A DNA stretch of 64,000 nucleotides from positions 29,202,001 to 29,266,000 of the forward strand of contig CM097884.1 in NCBI GenBank assembly GCA_044892505.1. Direction: 5' to 3'. Of this stretch, positions 40,649 through 53,702 are shown piece after piece. How positions within the stretch are numbered: position 1 is the stretch's first letter; each line of letters opens with the position of its first letter. This DNA comes from Schmidtea nova. Its lineage: Eukaryota. A model generated the notes under the pieces. The model had not been told where the DNA came from, searched no databases, and was given only the letters and a program-made list of their open reading frames with translations. The position numbers and the translations under genes are program-made.

Positions 40649-43600
40649 TGGTGGGTTGTTGACCGTCAATATGACCTTGACGTCTCTATGGCTCTCATCA
40701 ACAACTCAACACATAAAACATTGAAATTACCACCTTGCTACCCGTCACTATGTAACGTTGGTACTGTAACAAGTGGGTGGGTATTCGCAATCAGTGAGCG
40801 TCGTCAATACGAAACTATGATTGACCGAATATCTCCTGGGTCCAAGGGCTACCGATGGAAGGTTTCTTGCCCATTTTGTCCCTTCTTACATGATTTACCT
40901 ATAAGCTTTCAATACAAATTTTATCAGAAATTTACCTAAATGTTCTACATAACTTTAGATTTATTATTACATCCAAATAAATTATTTCGAGCATCAAAAA
41001 CACTAATATAACCCTATTTTTACCAATATTGCATTTTATGATAATTAATACATAAAATATTATATTTTTATAGAAAAATTTTAATCTGCATTTGAAATTT
41101 AAGAAAAATTTTAATTATTACCGTAATTTAATCCAGTTTAGAAATAATAAAAATAAAATTTCCGTTTGTTTAAAATTGCTAATTTAATCAAAAGGACAAA
41201 TTTACTCAATTTAAAAATTATATTAATTTTAAAGGTAATTTTCTGAATTTTCTCACTAAATTGATTAATTAACGATTTTTATAGTTCAGATCAACAAGAA
41301 ATGGATCTTCCCAGAAACTACGAAGCCAGAGGAAAATTCTCCCACCCCAAATGGGTCAATCCAATTAGATCTCGAGCTTCTACGAAGCAAAATAGCCCGC
41401 TCTACCAACCAAGTAAAATTTTGATTATTTCAGAATTATAATTTATTTTGAACAATTTTAGAAAATTTCTTGAAGAGAATATGTTGGAACTGGCCCTTCA
41501 AGTACTGCAAACCGGAAAAATCCTTGCCGGGGACTCTTATCCCTCAAACTGAATTTTTTTCAATAAATCTTTAGATAAAAAAAAATTTTTTGTCTTTACT
41601 CTTTTTAGTTTGAGTTTTTATTAGTTTTATGAAATTTTTGTAAATTAAAAATAAACTGTAATGTAAATGGCCTATTTGGCTGGGTATATTCAATTTTATA
41701 TGGTAGGTTTGAATGATAGAAATTTTTGTATGGTTTTTCTGGATGTATGTTGCCGACTAACATAACTGTGTAGAATTTTCAGTATTGTTTGCTTGTGTGT
41801 ATATAACTATTGAATGCTAATAAATGATACTGTGTATGTGTGTATATTGTATTTTAAATATATGTTGCTTGTGTATTAGTATGGGAAATGTTATTGAATG
41901 ACATGGATGTAATTTTTTGCAAATAGGGATGCATTATGATTTTTGNNNNNNNNNNNNNNNNNNNNNNNNNNNNNNNNNNNNNNNNNNNNNNNNNNNNNNN
42001 NNNNNNNNNNNNNNNNNNNNNNNNNNNNNNNNNNNNNNNNNNNNNNNNNNNNNNNNNNNNNNNNNNNNNNNNNNNNNAATTTTTATGAAGTAATATAATA
42101 ATAAAATTTCCAATTTTTATATTATAAATTTTTATAATACTTTTTATAAATTTTAGTTTTATAATTTTATGAAAATAATACAATAATAAAATTCCTAATT
42201 TTTATATTATAAATTTTCATAATGCTTTTTATAATTTTAATAATATAATAATACCATTTCTAATTTTTATAATATGAATTTTTATATTCGAATTTTTATA
42301 TTTTAAGTATATATATATAGTAAAAAAAAATTTTCCCTATAGAATTTTGAAATTTTGGATTTTTTGAAATAATATTTTCGATTTAAAATTTTTATGGGTT
42401 TCAATATAATTTTTGATTTATAAATTCTTAGGAATTTTATAAAATGACAAAATCTTTTATATCATAATAATATTCGGAGAATTTTTGGTTCACAATTATT
42501 CATTACAAAAATTTTCCAAAAGTAAATTTTTATTTTTTGATCGAAACGAAATTCACATAATAATAAATTTTTCATCCATAAATTTCGAAATCTAAATAAG
42601 CATCTAATCTAAAAAATTTTATATGCTAAATAAAAATGAAATAAAAATAAGTTATAAATTTTTCAACGAATATTTTTAACCTCAAGTAAAGTAAATTTCG
42701 GTTTTGTTGAGCATGAATTTCCCAATCAAAGTACACGCGAATTTTTCGGGGCACTTCACTTAGGAATTTCAGGCTCTCGAAAAACAAGATTCACTGGAGA
42801 AACTTATTTAGACCATAATGAGTTTTAATTCAGATTAAATCAATACTTGTTTCACAATTCGTTTTCATTTCAGGAGCATTATTCTAGCTTTGAGCATTAT
42901 TTCGAACGATTTGCCTTTCATCATTAGCTTCCAATTTTCTTGTGTTTTCCCATAAGATGATCGTCGATTGAGAGCGTGAAGGTGAAGGTGAGTACGAGTC
43001 GATTTTTAATCAATAATATTTCCTATTTTAGATTTCAAGTCATGAATTAGAAAATGTTGTGTTATATTACGAAAATGTTTATGTAGATAATAAAAATATA
43101 CTACTCTATTATAATAAAAATCATTAGTATAACAAAACCTTGCTCTTGGCCAAACCACGATTCCCCAGTTGGGATGACGAGAATTTGGATGTATGAGCCT
43201 CACCTTAAAGTGGAAATATGGGCTGGCCGATTACCAATCAGACAACGATCCACCCAGGCTACTAACAGATCCGCACAACTAAGGCTGGACGGATCGTCAG
43301 AGGATATGGGAGAAAAAAAAATTTCTTTACTTATTTTCGATAATTTTATTCAAATAACTGCTGGTAAACTAATCGTTAGGTAGGGAATTTGTGTCTTATT
43401 ATGATAATAATAACAAGAAAATTTTTAATAAGAATTGATATTTTAATAATTTCATAATAGCAATGTATAAATCCATAAAATAATACATAACAAATTATCA
43501 AAGAACGAGGAGTGGAATGATCGTCAGGCATGATGGACGACCATTCCAATCCTCAATAAAAACAAATATAACATAAGAAAAAAACAATTACTGTTTACGT

Positions 43601-44464
43601 TTCCTCACGAATTTTGGGAATTAATAAATTCTTCTAAATCGGATTGAAATTCTCTGGGATTCTAAAAATCTTCTTGGAAAATAATGAATTCTTCTTAGCT
43701 AGAAGCTTTTCAACAGAGTTTTTTCACAATTAAGATGTTGTAAATTAAATTCTAAATTCTTAATAGAAAAAAATTTTCTTTTTTTTTCTCACAAATTCTG
43801 AGTTAAAGAAAACGAAAAATTTTTTCACCAAATTCTGAACTCTGCCATTTTGATGGCGGTATATATACCATCAAATTTTCTCTATCTCCGGTAGTGCAAT
43901 AAAACAAATTGTTCTAGAATTTTCTCTTAATTTTTTCTAAATTAATTCTAATGATTTTCCGAAAATTAATTCCATATTTTTGTATAATAATTTTTTATAA
44001 ACTATAAATAATTTATTTTAATTAAAAAATTTTTATGTTTGAATCGAAATTTGTTCGATTTGATTTAATTTATGATTTTCGATCCATATTAATTCTTTCT
44101 ATTGTTATATGTGAAATTTTGTGATAAATTCACAATTTTCCTCTAGAATTGTGTTAATTTTTCTGTACTTGAAGGTTTATGACAAAATTCTGTTCTTTAT
44201 GGGCATTTTCCATGGGTTTTTTGCCTATTCTAGCTTCCAAACATTCTGCTTTTAATTTTTTCCGAGATTTCAGTGAAAATATTTATAAATTCGCAGTTAG
44301 CGCTTACTCTACCGGTTGATGTGTTTTGATTCCACTTCACCTTTTGGTGTTTTCCACTTAATTGTTGGATTTTTAATGGCAGCTAAGGTTAAAAATGGAA
44401 TCTTGCGCGTTCTCTACCTATGGGGTTATCGCTTTATTAAAACAAATTGCGTTTTGGCCCAACA
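40649..44464 (-). repeat. 5' LTR of element B (3816 bp)
   Basis: Direct copy of 1692-5508; PBS adjacent; followed by TSD AATG. Confidence 0.95.
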
Positions 44465-44762
44465 AATGTAAATAAAAAAATATTTAAATTTATTATTGGG
44501 ATTTAGAGTCATTTAAACAAAACATTATCGTTTGTCTACACTATAGGTCTGTGTAGACCTCTTTACATTAACATACATTTATGTTGTGTTCGTTGTGCTA
44601 AAAATAGAAATTTAATGTTCGTTTTGCAGTAACTTCAGCATTTGCCGTTATTGTTTTGGTTTTGTTTCAGTGCATATATATATTTTTTGTTACAATTAGT
44701 TTATTCGTGCCATGGTTATCATCGGTCACGCATAAAATCGATTGATTTTATGCTAAATACAT

Positions 44763-45626
44763 GAGTAAAAATGAGTGATGAGTTTGATTTTGTGTCTGCA
44801 TATAGATTACGTTGGTAAGTCATTTCCATATTATCTGAAGTTTGGCATTTATTTAGTTAATATGGATTTTATTGACCATTTTAGTATGACAGAGGGAGAA
44901 AAAGAATCGTATTATTCGTGACTCGCTGAGCATTATAACAATGATGACATTGAAAGTGATATCGGGGAGGATGAGCAAGATGATGATGACGATGCAGATT
45001 ATGTTCCTGAGGGAGATGCTCCAGACGTTGAGCCCGATCTGGTAGTTGAACGGCCAATTAATTGTGAAGACAGCGATGATGAGGTCGGATTAGAAGAAAT
45101 AGCGCAAAAGACACCGGATCTCTTTCACAACAAGAAAATATTTGCAATGAATATTTCTTGTCTCGTGATGGAACAAAATGAAATAAATTACCACCACCGT
45201 GTTCTCGAATTCGTTTACATAATATATTACGTATTCCCGCTCGAAATGTCAAGGCATCATTATCGTCGGATCCACTTGCAATTTTCCAGTCATTGATTAC
45301 AACAGATATGGTTGTTTTGATTATTCGAGAAACGAATAAAAAAGCATTTGAGGCCACAATCAAATTCAATATTGAGAAAAATCCAATCAGACAGCGTATT
45401 TGGAAAAATGTGACGGAAACCAATTTTTATGCATTCTTCGGATTGTTGCTCGCAGCTGGAGTGAATCAGTTTAATGGCCAGCACAGAAAAGAATTGTGGC
45501 AAACGAATGCTCTACTTGTCTTCAGAGTCACAATGTCGCTGCTGCGATTCTGGGCTATCAGTCGTTTTATATGATTTGATAATCAACGAACTTGTGTTGA
45601 ACGGAAAATTGACGATAAGGCTGCAG
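44763..45626 (+). pseudogene. piggyBac-like transposase, 5' part
   Basis: Acidic N-terminus; FYAFFGLLLAAGV...ELW...FRVTMSLLRF..ISRFI*FDN...DKAA (DDE_Tnp_1_7 pattern), with stops and frameshifts. Confidence 0.85.
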
Positions 45627-48415
45627 TAGGGTTGGCAATCCCGTGCTATATTTTCAATCCCGGGATTTCGGGATTGCATTTTCCTAATCCCGGGATCCCG
45701 GGATTAGTCCCGGGATTTTTAAATACATGTTCTTGAAATATATTAACATACTATTTTAACCAAATTAATAGAAAAAGAAAGAGATTAATTTTGTTAAAAT
45801 AATATGTTAATATATTTCAAGAACAGGTATTTAAAAATCCCGTTAATATATTTCAAGAACAGGTATTTAAAAAAAATGACACATTCAAAAATAAGTTTAT
45901 AAAAAATAGTTTATTAAATTATAAAGAAAATAAAGCTTTTTATAATATTATACATCAAATTCATACATCAAATAACTTTTAAGAAAGCATAGTGCATCCA
46001 AAGTTTCATCGCCCATACGACTTCTTCTTTTCGTTGCAAAAAGTCCGGCCGCAGAAAAGGCACGTTCGGACTCTACACTGGTTGGTTTGATTGTCATTAG
46101 AAAATCATACGCTCTTTGCAAAAAATCACAACGTGTTCCTCCATTTTCAAACAATACCATTTCCTTTTGAATTTTCGCTGACAGCATCTCACATCGAATT
46201 GGCATCCTCGGAAAATGTGCTTGTTTTATAGCTTTATTGAGCTCGTCTGCAATAGTTAAAGGTTGTTCAAGAGAAAAGGACAGAGATTCAGATGGAGAAT
46301 CAGAAGAATCTGAAACAATTTCGATAGGTGCCTCATTTGAAACAGAAGATTCAACTTCGGACTCATGAGCTGTTAGTGCTGTAGCTGAATTTGCAGCATC
46401 TAATCTTTCGAGTAACTCAACTATTATTTTGCGACATTTTACGGCAGATGGAACTGTTACGAGCGCTATTTCAGATTCGGGCTGAACGTTTGTCCTACCA
46501 TTATGTAAATACTGAAGTACACCACTGATATCTGTCCGCCTTTGTTGCATGCGAAGAATGAGAGCTGAATGCAACTTTTGACATATAACGTTGTTAGAAT
46601 CTTTAAGTTTTTTTAACATAAAAGTTATAGCAACATCGGCTGTGAACAGACTAGCATCCCGACGACAAAGGACCTCGACTGTTGCTTTTACTGGTACTAG
46701 AGCACTAATGATAGAAGATATCATTTTAAGCTCATCATTAGATAAAGCAAATGATTCACCTTCAGGTAGACTTATGTCTATCAATGCCTTTTGAATACAA
46801 TTTTTTAATAAATAGATACGTTCAAGCATTGAAAAAAGGCTGTTCCACCTAGTCTTGCAATCTTTTATTAGAGTTATTTGCTTCCCAAATTCAGCCGCAA
46901 CATATTTCTGCAAGATATCGTTTTTTGTTGGCGATCGTCTGAACATTACTATCAATTTTCGTACCTTTTTGATCACTGGAGCGGAATTTATCTCAGTAAC
47001 ATCACTTTGGTTTCCTCCATGCCTATGACCAGAATCGAGATCAACCAATTCTTCGTTGTCAGAAAAAATTTCATCGTCCTTACTCTCCGAAAAATCGTGT
47101 TCTACTTCTGATTGTTCGTCTTCGTCGAATTGCTGATCTGTTTCTATATTTTGCTTTTGATATAGTACTTCAATTACGGCCAGTTGCACACCATGGGCAA
47201 AACATAATTGTTGATTTACAGATAATAATCTCCCAACTTTTTTCATTACACTTGCTCCGTCAGTCATAATTCCGACGATATCTTTTCGCAAATCAAGTCC
47301 ATATTCTGCGAGCTTTTGTTCTAGGAGCTCAATACATTTATCTGCAGGCATTGATCCTGTTATTCGAATTAAGCCTAAGCTCCAGAACTGGCAATTTTGA
47401 GCATGTAAATTAATATTCATGTACCGACGGTTACGTAGTGATGTCCATTCATCAAACGGTAAGGAAAATCTCTCACCAACACCGAATTGTGGGTTTTTTT
47501 TGCCATCTATTTCCGTAATTAATGAATTCTTAATTTTTTTGCTGTAATCTACAACTATTTTGCGCACTGTGTTGACTGTTGTAGGTAAACTTTTGAATCC
47601 TGTTGCTATAAGACCTGCACGTAAATCAGAAGAACGGCATATAACGTTAAATGAAATCCCATCAAGTGCGGTTAACCTTGCAAGTGTAGCAGGAAGTGAT
47701 TTTTCTTCTCGTTCCAGCATCGGAAAATACTTGGTTAACGTTTTCGATTTTTTTGTTGGTGGTTCATCTGATGTGTTAGCCGAAGTAGTAGCTGTTGTGA
47801 TGTTAATTTTATGGACGGAAAGTAGATGCGTATGGAGACCTTTCGTTGACCCACCCCCAATTTTTAGAATTTTTTTGCAGTCGGTATACTTACACATCGC
47901 TGTCTGTCCTTTTTCTTCTCGTAAAAAATGTTTCCAAACAGCAGAATTACTTTTCTTTTCATGGTCTATGTAAGAAGCCATTATATTTTTAAAATTTGTT
48001 GTTCAAATAGTGCGAATGATAATTTAAATAAATCTACACTTTAAAATAATCAAAAACAATAACACGTGAAAACAATTATATACTAATTACGTCTGAGCGC
48101 CAACAAAAAATTTTAAGAATATAATTACAAATTGAATATTGAAAAAAAAAAGTTCCAAGAATTTCGATTTTTAAAATTTATATATTTTAAGAATTTGAAT
48201 GCAAAAAAAATTCCAAGTATTTTATATATGACAAAATTCAAATCTCAACCGAAAAAATTTAAATTTGAAAATGTTCAACCAAAAACGATTGTTTTAAAGA
48301 ATTTTTAAGGAAACTGTAAGGTATTTTTCCTTTTAGGCTTAAAAAGTCAAATCCCGGGATCAAGTGCTCGATCCCGGGATTTTGGGATCCCGGGATCCCG
48401 GGATTCCGAACCCTA
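45627..48415 (-). mobile_element. hAT DNA transposon
   Basis: TIRs TAGGGTTGGCAATCCCG / TAGGGTTCGGAATCCCG; subterminal CCCGGGAT repeats; 8-bp TSD GGCTGCAG/GGCTGCAC (7/8), interrupting the piggyBac codons KAA|PIRDIW. Confidence 0.92.
45948..47981 (-). CDS. hAT transposase with BED finger, apparently intact (677 aa)
   Basis: AVWKHF..C..C..H..H BED finger; FDEWTS; DGASVM; CFAH; TRWNS; PTSVESERAFS dimerisation motif. Confidence 0.95.
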   Translation of the reverse strand: MASYIDHEKKSNSAVWKHFLREEKGQTAMCKYTDCKKILKIGGGSTKGLHTHLLSVHKINITTATTSANTSDEPPTKKSKTLTKYFPMLEREEKSLPATLARLTALDGISFNVICRSSDLRAGLIATGFKSLPTTVNTVRKIVVDYSKKIKNSLITEIDGKKNPQFGVGERFSLPFDEWTSLRNRRYMNINLHAQNCQFWSLGLIRITGSMPADKCIELLEQKLAEYGLDLRKDIVGIMTDGASVMKKVGRLLSVNQQLCFAHGVQLAVIEVLYQKQNIETDQQFDEDEQSEVEHDFSESKDDEIFSDNEELVDLDSGHRHGGNQSDVTEINSAPVIKKVRKLIVMFRRSPTKNDILQKYVAAEFGKQITLIKDCKTRWNSLFSMLERIYLLKNCIQKALIDISLPEGESFALSNDELKMISSIISALVPVKATVEVLCRRDASLFTADVAITFMLKKLKDSNNVICQKLHSALILRMQQRRTDISGVLQYLHNGRTNVQPESEIALVTVPSAVKCRKIIVELLERLDAANSATALTAHESEVESSVSNEAPIEIVSDSSDSPSESLSFSLEQPLTIADELNKAIKQAHFPRMPIRCEMLSAKIQKEMVLFENGGTRCDFLQRAYDFLMTIKPTSVESERAFSAAGLFATKRRSRMGDETLDALCFLKSYLMYEFDV

Positions 48416-49480
48416 GGCTGCACCAATCCGTGATATTTGGACTATGTTCTACGCCCATTTAAAATCTGTGTATTTGCCGAAATCTTCCATCACAGTTGAC
48501 GAACAACTGTTGTCTTACAGGGGTAAAACTAAATTTACTCAATACATTCCTTTGAAGACAGCGAAGTACAGAATTAAAGTATGATGGGCGTGTATGCAAC
48601 CAATAGCTTTCCGTTGAAATAGCTTCTATACACAGGCAAAGAAACGGGTCAGGCCAGAGATGTAAACCAAGGTGAGTGAATTTTGATTGATATTACCAAA
48701 AACTATGCATCGTCAAGTAGAACCATAGTGACCGCTAATTTTTTACTACATAGGATGGTGTGCAAAAATTACGAAATAACTTTTTGGCTTTTGTTGGTAC
48801 TATTCGGCAAAATAATAAATGCATTCCTCAGGAAATGTTAGCGAGCCGTTCCCGGCCGATCCAGTCCACCAAATTCGGATTCAACAATGATGTCTCTCTG
48901 ATTTCTTCTGTGCCAAAAAAAATAAACCCGTTCTTCTGTTATCGACTGTTCACAACAATACGGAAGTAATTGATTCAAAAAAACCAGAATCAATAATATA
49001 TTACAACAAAAACAAATGTGGTGTTGATGTAATGGATCAGATGTTGGGCAAATATTTCTGTAAAAGAAGAACGCAACGGTGGCTATTGGTTTTTTTATAA
49101 TATTCTTGACGTGGCAGGATTAGCATCGTATGTCATTCACATTGAGCTTGAAAAGAAAACAGCTACCAATGCACGACGGTTATTTTTGCAAGCACTTGTG
49201 GATCAACTGGTACGCCCTAAATTGAAGAACAAATAAACAACACTCCGTGATGGCACAGTTTAGCACACGTTCTGGCATTGAAGCTTTTCTTGGTGCTCAA
49301 ATTCAGCAAAGAGTTACAATTCCGACCACAAGTACTTCTTTCACCAGCAAAAAATAATGCAAATTATGTTGGGAAAATGATAAACGGAAACGGAAGACAC
49401 AATTTTAATGTGTGGATTGTAGCCCACCAATTTCTTTGCAACATTCACAACAGATGCAAAGGTGTTTTAAATGTGAAAAA
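48416..49480 (+). pseudogene. piggyBac-like transposase, 3' part
   Basis: PIRDIW...ITVDEQLLSYRGKTKFTQYIP..AKY.IK; YNKNKCGVDVMDQM; Cys-rich C-terminal remnant; multiple lesions. Confidence 0.85.
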
Positions 49481-49919
49481 CCATAAAAGACAAACCATAA
49501 TTGTTTTTTTTAACTATTTAAGTTCCTTTTCTTTACTTTGAAATAAATTGAAATGTTTTTTGAAATTAAAAACCCACATTATATTAATTCCTTATATATT
49601 TTACATGTAGGTCTCGTTAGACCTATTGTGTGGACAATACGTGGAAAACATTGGTGTAGACACAAGGGTTAACATCATCCATATCTAATAGTACTGTGGT
49701 GTACTCACCAATCATGTTTAATTATTCGTTTTTAGAATAGTGGGTGTCAGTATGGACAGTTTGGATTTCCTCCACATTTATTTGGGCGCAGTGTGATTTT
49801 AATTTTTATTATAATTGGCAAGTTGTAATAATAATTATTATTTGTAAATTTGAATTTGGCTTGCTATAGCAAATTGCTATAGTAAGCCAAATCACAAACT
49901 AATGAAATTGATTGTTTTT

Positions 49920-50260
49920 TTTAATATTAAATATTGTTGGAGACGATTCAATTCAAATTCAATTCAAATAATAATTAGAGAAAATCTTCCATTCTAATTA
50001 TTACATTGAAAGCTTTAAAATATTAAATATTGTCACAGACGATTAATTCATTTCTCCAAAAATTCAATTCAAATAATAATTGGAGAAATTTTTCCATTCC
50101 AATTCTCACAAAGAAAGCTTTAAAATATTAAATATTGTCACAGACTATTAATTCATTTTCCGTAAATACTATTCAAATAATAAGTGGAGAAATTCTTCCA
50201 TACTAATTCTCGCTAAGAAAGTTAAAAAATATTAAATATTGTTGGAGAGATATTGGAACA
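49920..50260. repeat. Degenerate ~100-nt tandem repeat, 3+ copies
   Basis: aatattaaatattgt...aattcaaataataatt.gaga.aa..ttccat recurs at about 49922, 50017, 50122 and 50226. Confidence 0.7.
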
Positions 50261-50402
50261 AAATATAGTTACAGTGAGTAGAATTATTGAAATTTTCGAT
50301 CTTAAATAAATATGTTATTATTTATATTAGTTTTTTATTAACATGTTGTAATAGCTATTTCACATTCAGACATACTCGTGCACACACACAAAAGTATATA
50401 CG

Positions 50403-53400
50403 TGTTGGGCCCACCAAATAGCCTAAAAATAGCGGAAAAAAGTAGTAACAATTAAAACAAAATAATAAAAAATAATTTTTCTTAAACTAAGAAATTTAAC
50501 GAAAAAAAAATAAAAATAGAGAGTTAATTAATAATAAATAAATTACCAGGAGAAAATATTCTGAATTTCGCAACAAAGCGACCAGCAGGGGGCCTGAAAC
50601 AGAAAATTATAAATTAATAAAAAATAAAAGTCCAAGTAATTGAATAATTACTTGAAAAATCAGGACTACCCAATGAGAAATCTGAAACGGAAATAAAATA
50701 TTATTTAGAATAAAATAAAATGATCGACATACTTTGATTGGTCAATCTGGCCAACTGGATCAGTATAAATACCGATCCGAAAATCACAATGTAGTAGTTT
50801 TTACCTAACTTCAATTTGAAGCTTTAAACGACTATAGCGTTTTTGAGTTTTCAGTACTGATATTATTAAAATCTCGATTTACACTCGGAAGAAGAAGTAA
50901 AGATTTTTTTTATTTTTTATTTTAATTTGTTTTAATTGCACTATGTCGGTTTTCCATGATTTCGTTTTTACATTATATTAATATATGTTCTGATGATTTA
51001 GTTTATTTAATCATTTATTTAATTATATAGATATATGCTTCCTCGACTGCTAACGCGGCAAAGGAGTTAGTCGTTGTCGTGGAGCCTTGTGGCGTCACAC
51101 GGCGGTAAGACCTTTTTATTTATTTTTTTAGGTTAAAGTTTTGATAATTTTGTTAGAACTATTTTATTCGATGAAAACTTTTAAAGACTAGTTTCAGTAG
51201 GAAACCTGTTTTATTTTTGTAGATTATTTTTGCATTTCCACGGTTGCACATAGGATGGGTCGGAACACCTAGAGGTGAAAGACATCTTCGTAAAGGAAAG
51301 AATAGCTCAGCCTTAATTGACACCCTGAAATTTTCGCTGTCATATCATATATTTACCAGAGGGCCTGTTCATATTCTAATGATGCATTTAATAAGGGGCA
51401 AATTGACATTTTCAGTACAAGACATTTAACAGGGATTTTAACACTATTGTACCAATAGCAAGTAAACGAGGTTCTGTGAGAAATAGCTCAATCAACTCAA
51501 CACATGGCAGACGAATTAACTAGATAATTATAATGCGATCCTTTGATTTTTAATCGACAGTTTTACTATAAAATCGATTGCGAATTGAACGATTCGGCGT
51601 AATACATAAACACCTCGTAGTTGTCATATTATTTTGTTACTAAACCATCCACATTCTCAGTGAAGCGAACAAAGTCGAAAAATTTTCTCGATCGAACTAT
51701 CCAGCGGATAATGCGGGTACCGATTTAGAGTAAACAAGATCAAATCTAGTTAATGTAACCGCTAATCCTGATCGCTGTAGATAGCGCAGGAATTTAATGA
51801 AAATTTTTATGGTATTTATCTTGATTGTGGTACATCACGACAGTATTAATGTAATAAAGGGAATAGAAAAACCTATTTTACCGTATCTTACCCTTCGCAA
51901 TTGGGCCCTTAACCTATTTTATGGGCAATACCTGATTAAAGATCTTATAATTAATGATTCGGTTCATTCATTTTCGTCACACGTGTTAAAATAGATGGAG
52001 TTAACTACAGTGAAACAATTCTTAATCGTTCAAAAGGAATCATCGAGACCTTCCGATATTAACCGTCAGATGGAGCTAAAAGCATTACCACCCTCAATAT
52101 TGCGAACCGTGAAAGTGCAAATGTTTAAATGGCGGAGGGAGTTTGGGAAGAGATGCCCGTTCTCCATTTGGAATACTGGCAAGGATAGTGTACTGTATCG
52201 GGGAGGCCTGGGGGGGCCGTTTTCCAACCAGAACTATTCATCAAAGTTCGGACGACTGATAATTAAAAATGGAGCGAATCGAGAACTAGCTAAAATTGTT
52301 TATTGGGGACATATCCAGCAAAGTGAAATAGCAGAATTGGGCCTGCAATTATTTACATAGCCTCGGCCTCTTGGAGATGAATACGAACAGAGCCAACCGA
52401 CGTTTTCCCTGAGCAATTTGCGTCAATCACCGATCAATCAAGGACTTCATGTTGCCTATGTTTTTAAAACAGATTTTTCCAGTTCATAAATCCGTGTGTA
52501 TTAGTACAAAATAAATAATTGCGTTTAAATTTTCCTGTTTTGTTTCATGTTTTAAACATTTATATGCATAGGATCCATTATTCCGAACTTGAGAGATAAA
52601 ATAATCATCTAGTAAATTATTTCAGTATGAACTCAGAAACTCATCAACAGAAGGAGATTGAGAAGTTATGGCGAATCAGACGGGCTCAATAGAAAGAGCT
52701 GGTTCAAGTAAAAGTCCAGTTATCCAAAGCTGAGGCGCAAATAACATATCTACGAAAAAGTTGGTTTGCTCCTGCCAGGGTGAAGGATCAAATTTCCCGA
52801 ACCGAAAAAGTGCAACGAACTGCAGAGGACTACAAACTGGAGTGGGAGGCCACCAAGATCGAGTTGAGAAAATGTCTCCACTCCGTAACAACGTCCTACA
52901 TAGAGAAAGAATTAAGGTCACAGATCAGACCGGTCACTTATCAAAGCTGGGTATCAGAGCAAAAACCCATGTGCTCGATTGGTACTGACGTCGAGGGGTT
53001 AACAGATGGAAAAGTAGACAACGCCCAACAGGCTACGAATGACGTCACCACGAGTAGTACATACCTAAAGCGAAAAAGAATTGGTCAAAAGCGCAGAAGG
53101 CAAAAGAAACTCTTTGCACAGCGACTCCAGCTACAAGTAAATCATTTAGCAAGTTTGAGTGAAATCGACTTACTCGCCGAAATCTTTCCACCAGAAGGAA
53201 ACTTCACAGAATTGTTATGATCAATAAAGATTTGTGCGAAGTATACCGTGATCTCTGTTGTTATTCATGATTTTCCTCTAATTATAGTGCAAGTAAATAA
53301 GACGTAAATAATTAATATCAAGCACATTTTGGTTAAAACTCAATAATAAATAATTAACACATATGAAATAAAGTAATGAATTAATAAATAAAGCGTAAGA

Positions 53401-53626
53401 CCTTCTAACGGCAGCATGAACCCGTGAATATAAATTGGGAGTAATTCTAGCAATATAGCTCACCTGCCCATCATTGTTCAATCATCTTGCGCATCACCAA
53501 CTTGGCTATATAGGGAGATAGTCAAGAGCGCTCGAGTGAGATAGTAAATATTTATGCATGATCATGGACGAGGTATCCCTAGTCACTATTAGAAATTTTT
53601 TATCTAACCCCTCCATGAATCCAGCA
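50403..53626 (+). mobile_element. LTR C (3224 bp), long variant of the A family, followed by a truncated PBS
   Basis: Starts TGTTGGGCCC, ends CCATGAATCCAGCA, then TAAATT-TGGGGGC. Blocks at 51040-51115 and 53390-53590 are homologous to LTR A. Confidence 0.88.
52627..53220 (+). pseudogene. LTR-internal coiled-coil/Arg-rich ORF (~197 codons, one premature TAG at codon 22)
   Basis: ATG 52627 is in frame with track ORF 52780-53220; MNSETHQQKEIEKLW...KRKRIGQKRRRQKK. Confidence 0.65.
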
Positions 53627-53702
53627 TAAATTTGGGGGCGTAAAATAAATTAGGGTAAAAAAGATTTACTTGATTTTCTTTTGGGAAAAAACATTTACTT
53701 TC

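Larger units (their letters stand above)
1692..44464 (-). mobile_element. Element B: full-length giant Ty3/Gypsy LTR retroelement with env-like and accessory cargo
   Basis: Two near-identical direct LTRs (1692-5508, 40649-44464) with TG...CA ends; flanking 4-bp TSD AATG (1688-1691, 44465-44468); PBS next to the right LTR; PR-RT-RH-IN order; ~29.6 kb excluding nested element A. Confidence 0.95.
1572..49668 (+). mobile_element. Decayed piggyBac-like transposon hosting element B and the hAT
   Basis: Right end ...GTGTAGACACAAGGG|TTAA (49654-49672). Candidate left end TTAA|CCCTTATGTCTATAC (1568-1586) is a 13/15 match to the inverted right end. Internal inverted repeat tttgtctacactataggtct (~44531) vs agacctattgtgtggacaa (~49619). 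Transposase remnants lie between. Assigning the left end across the B insertion is inferred. Confidence 0.65.

Noticed and set aside
1077-50402. TACG next to both the first LTR (1077-1080) and LTR C (50399-50402) as a shared TSD
   Set aside because: The LTRs are in opposite orientation and diverged; a 4-bp match is easily chance.
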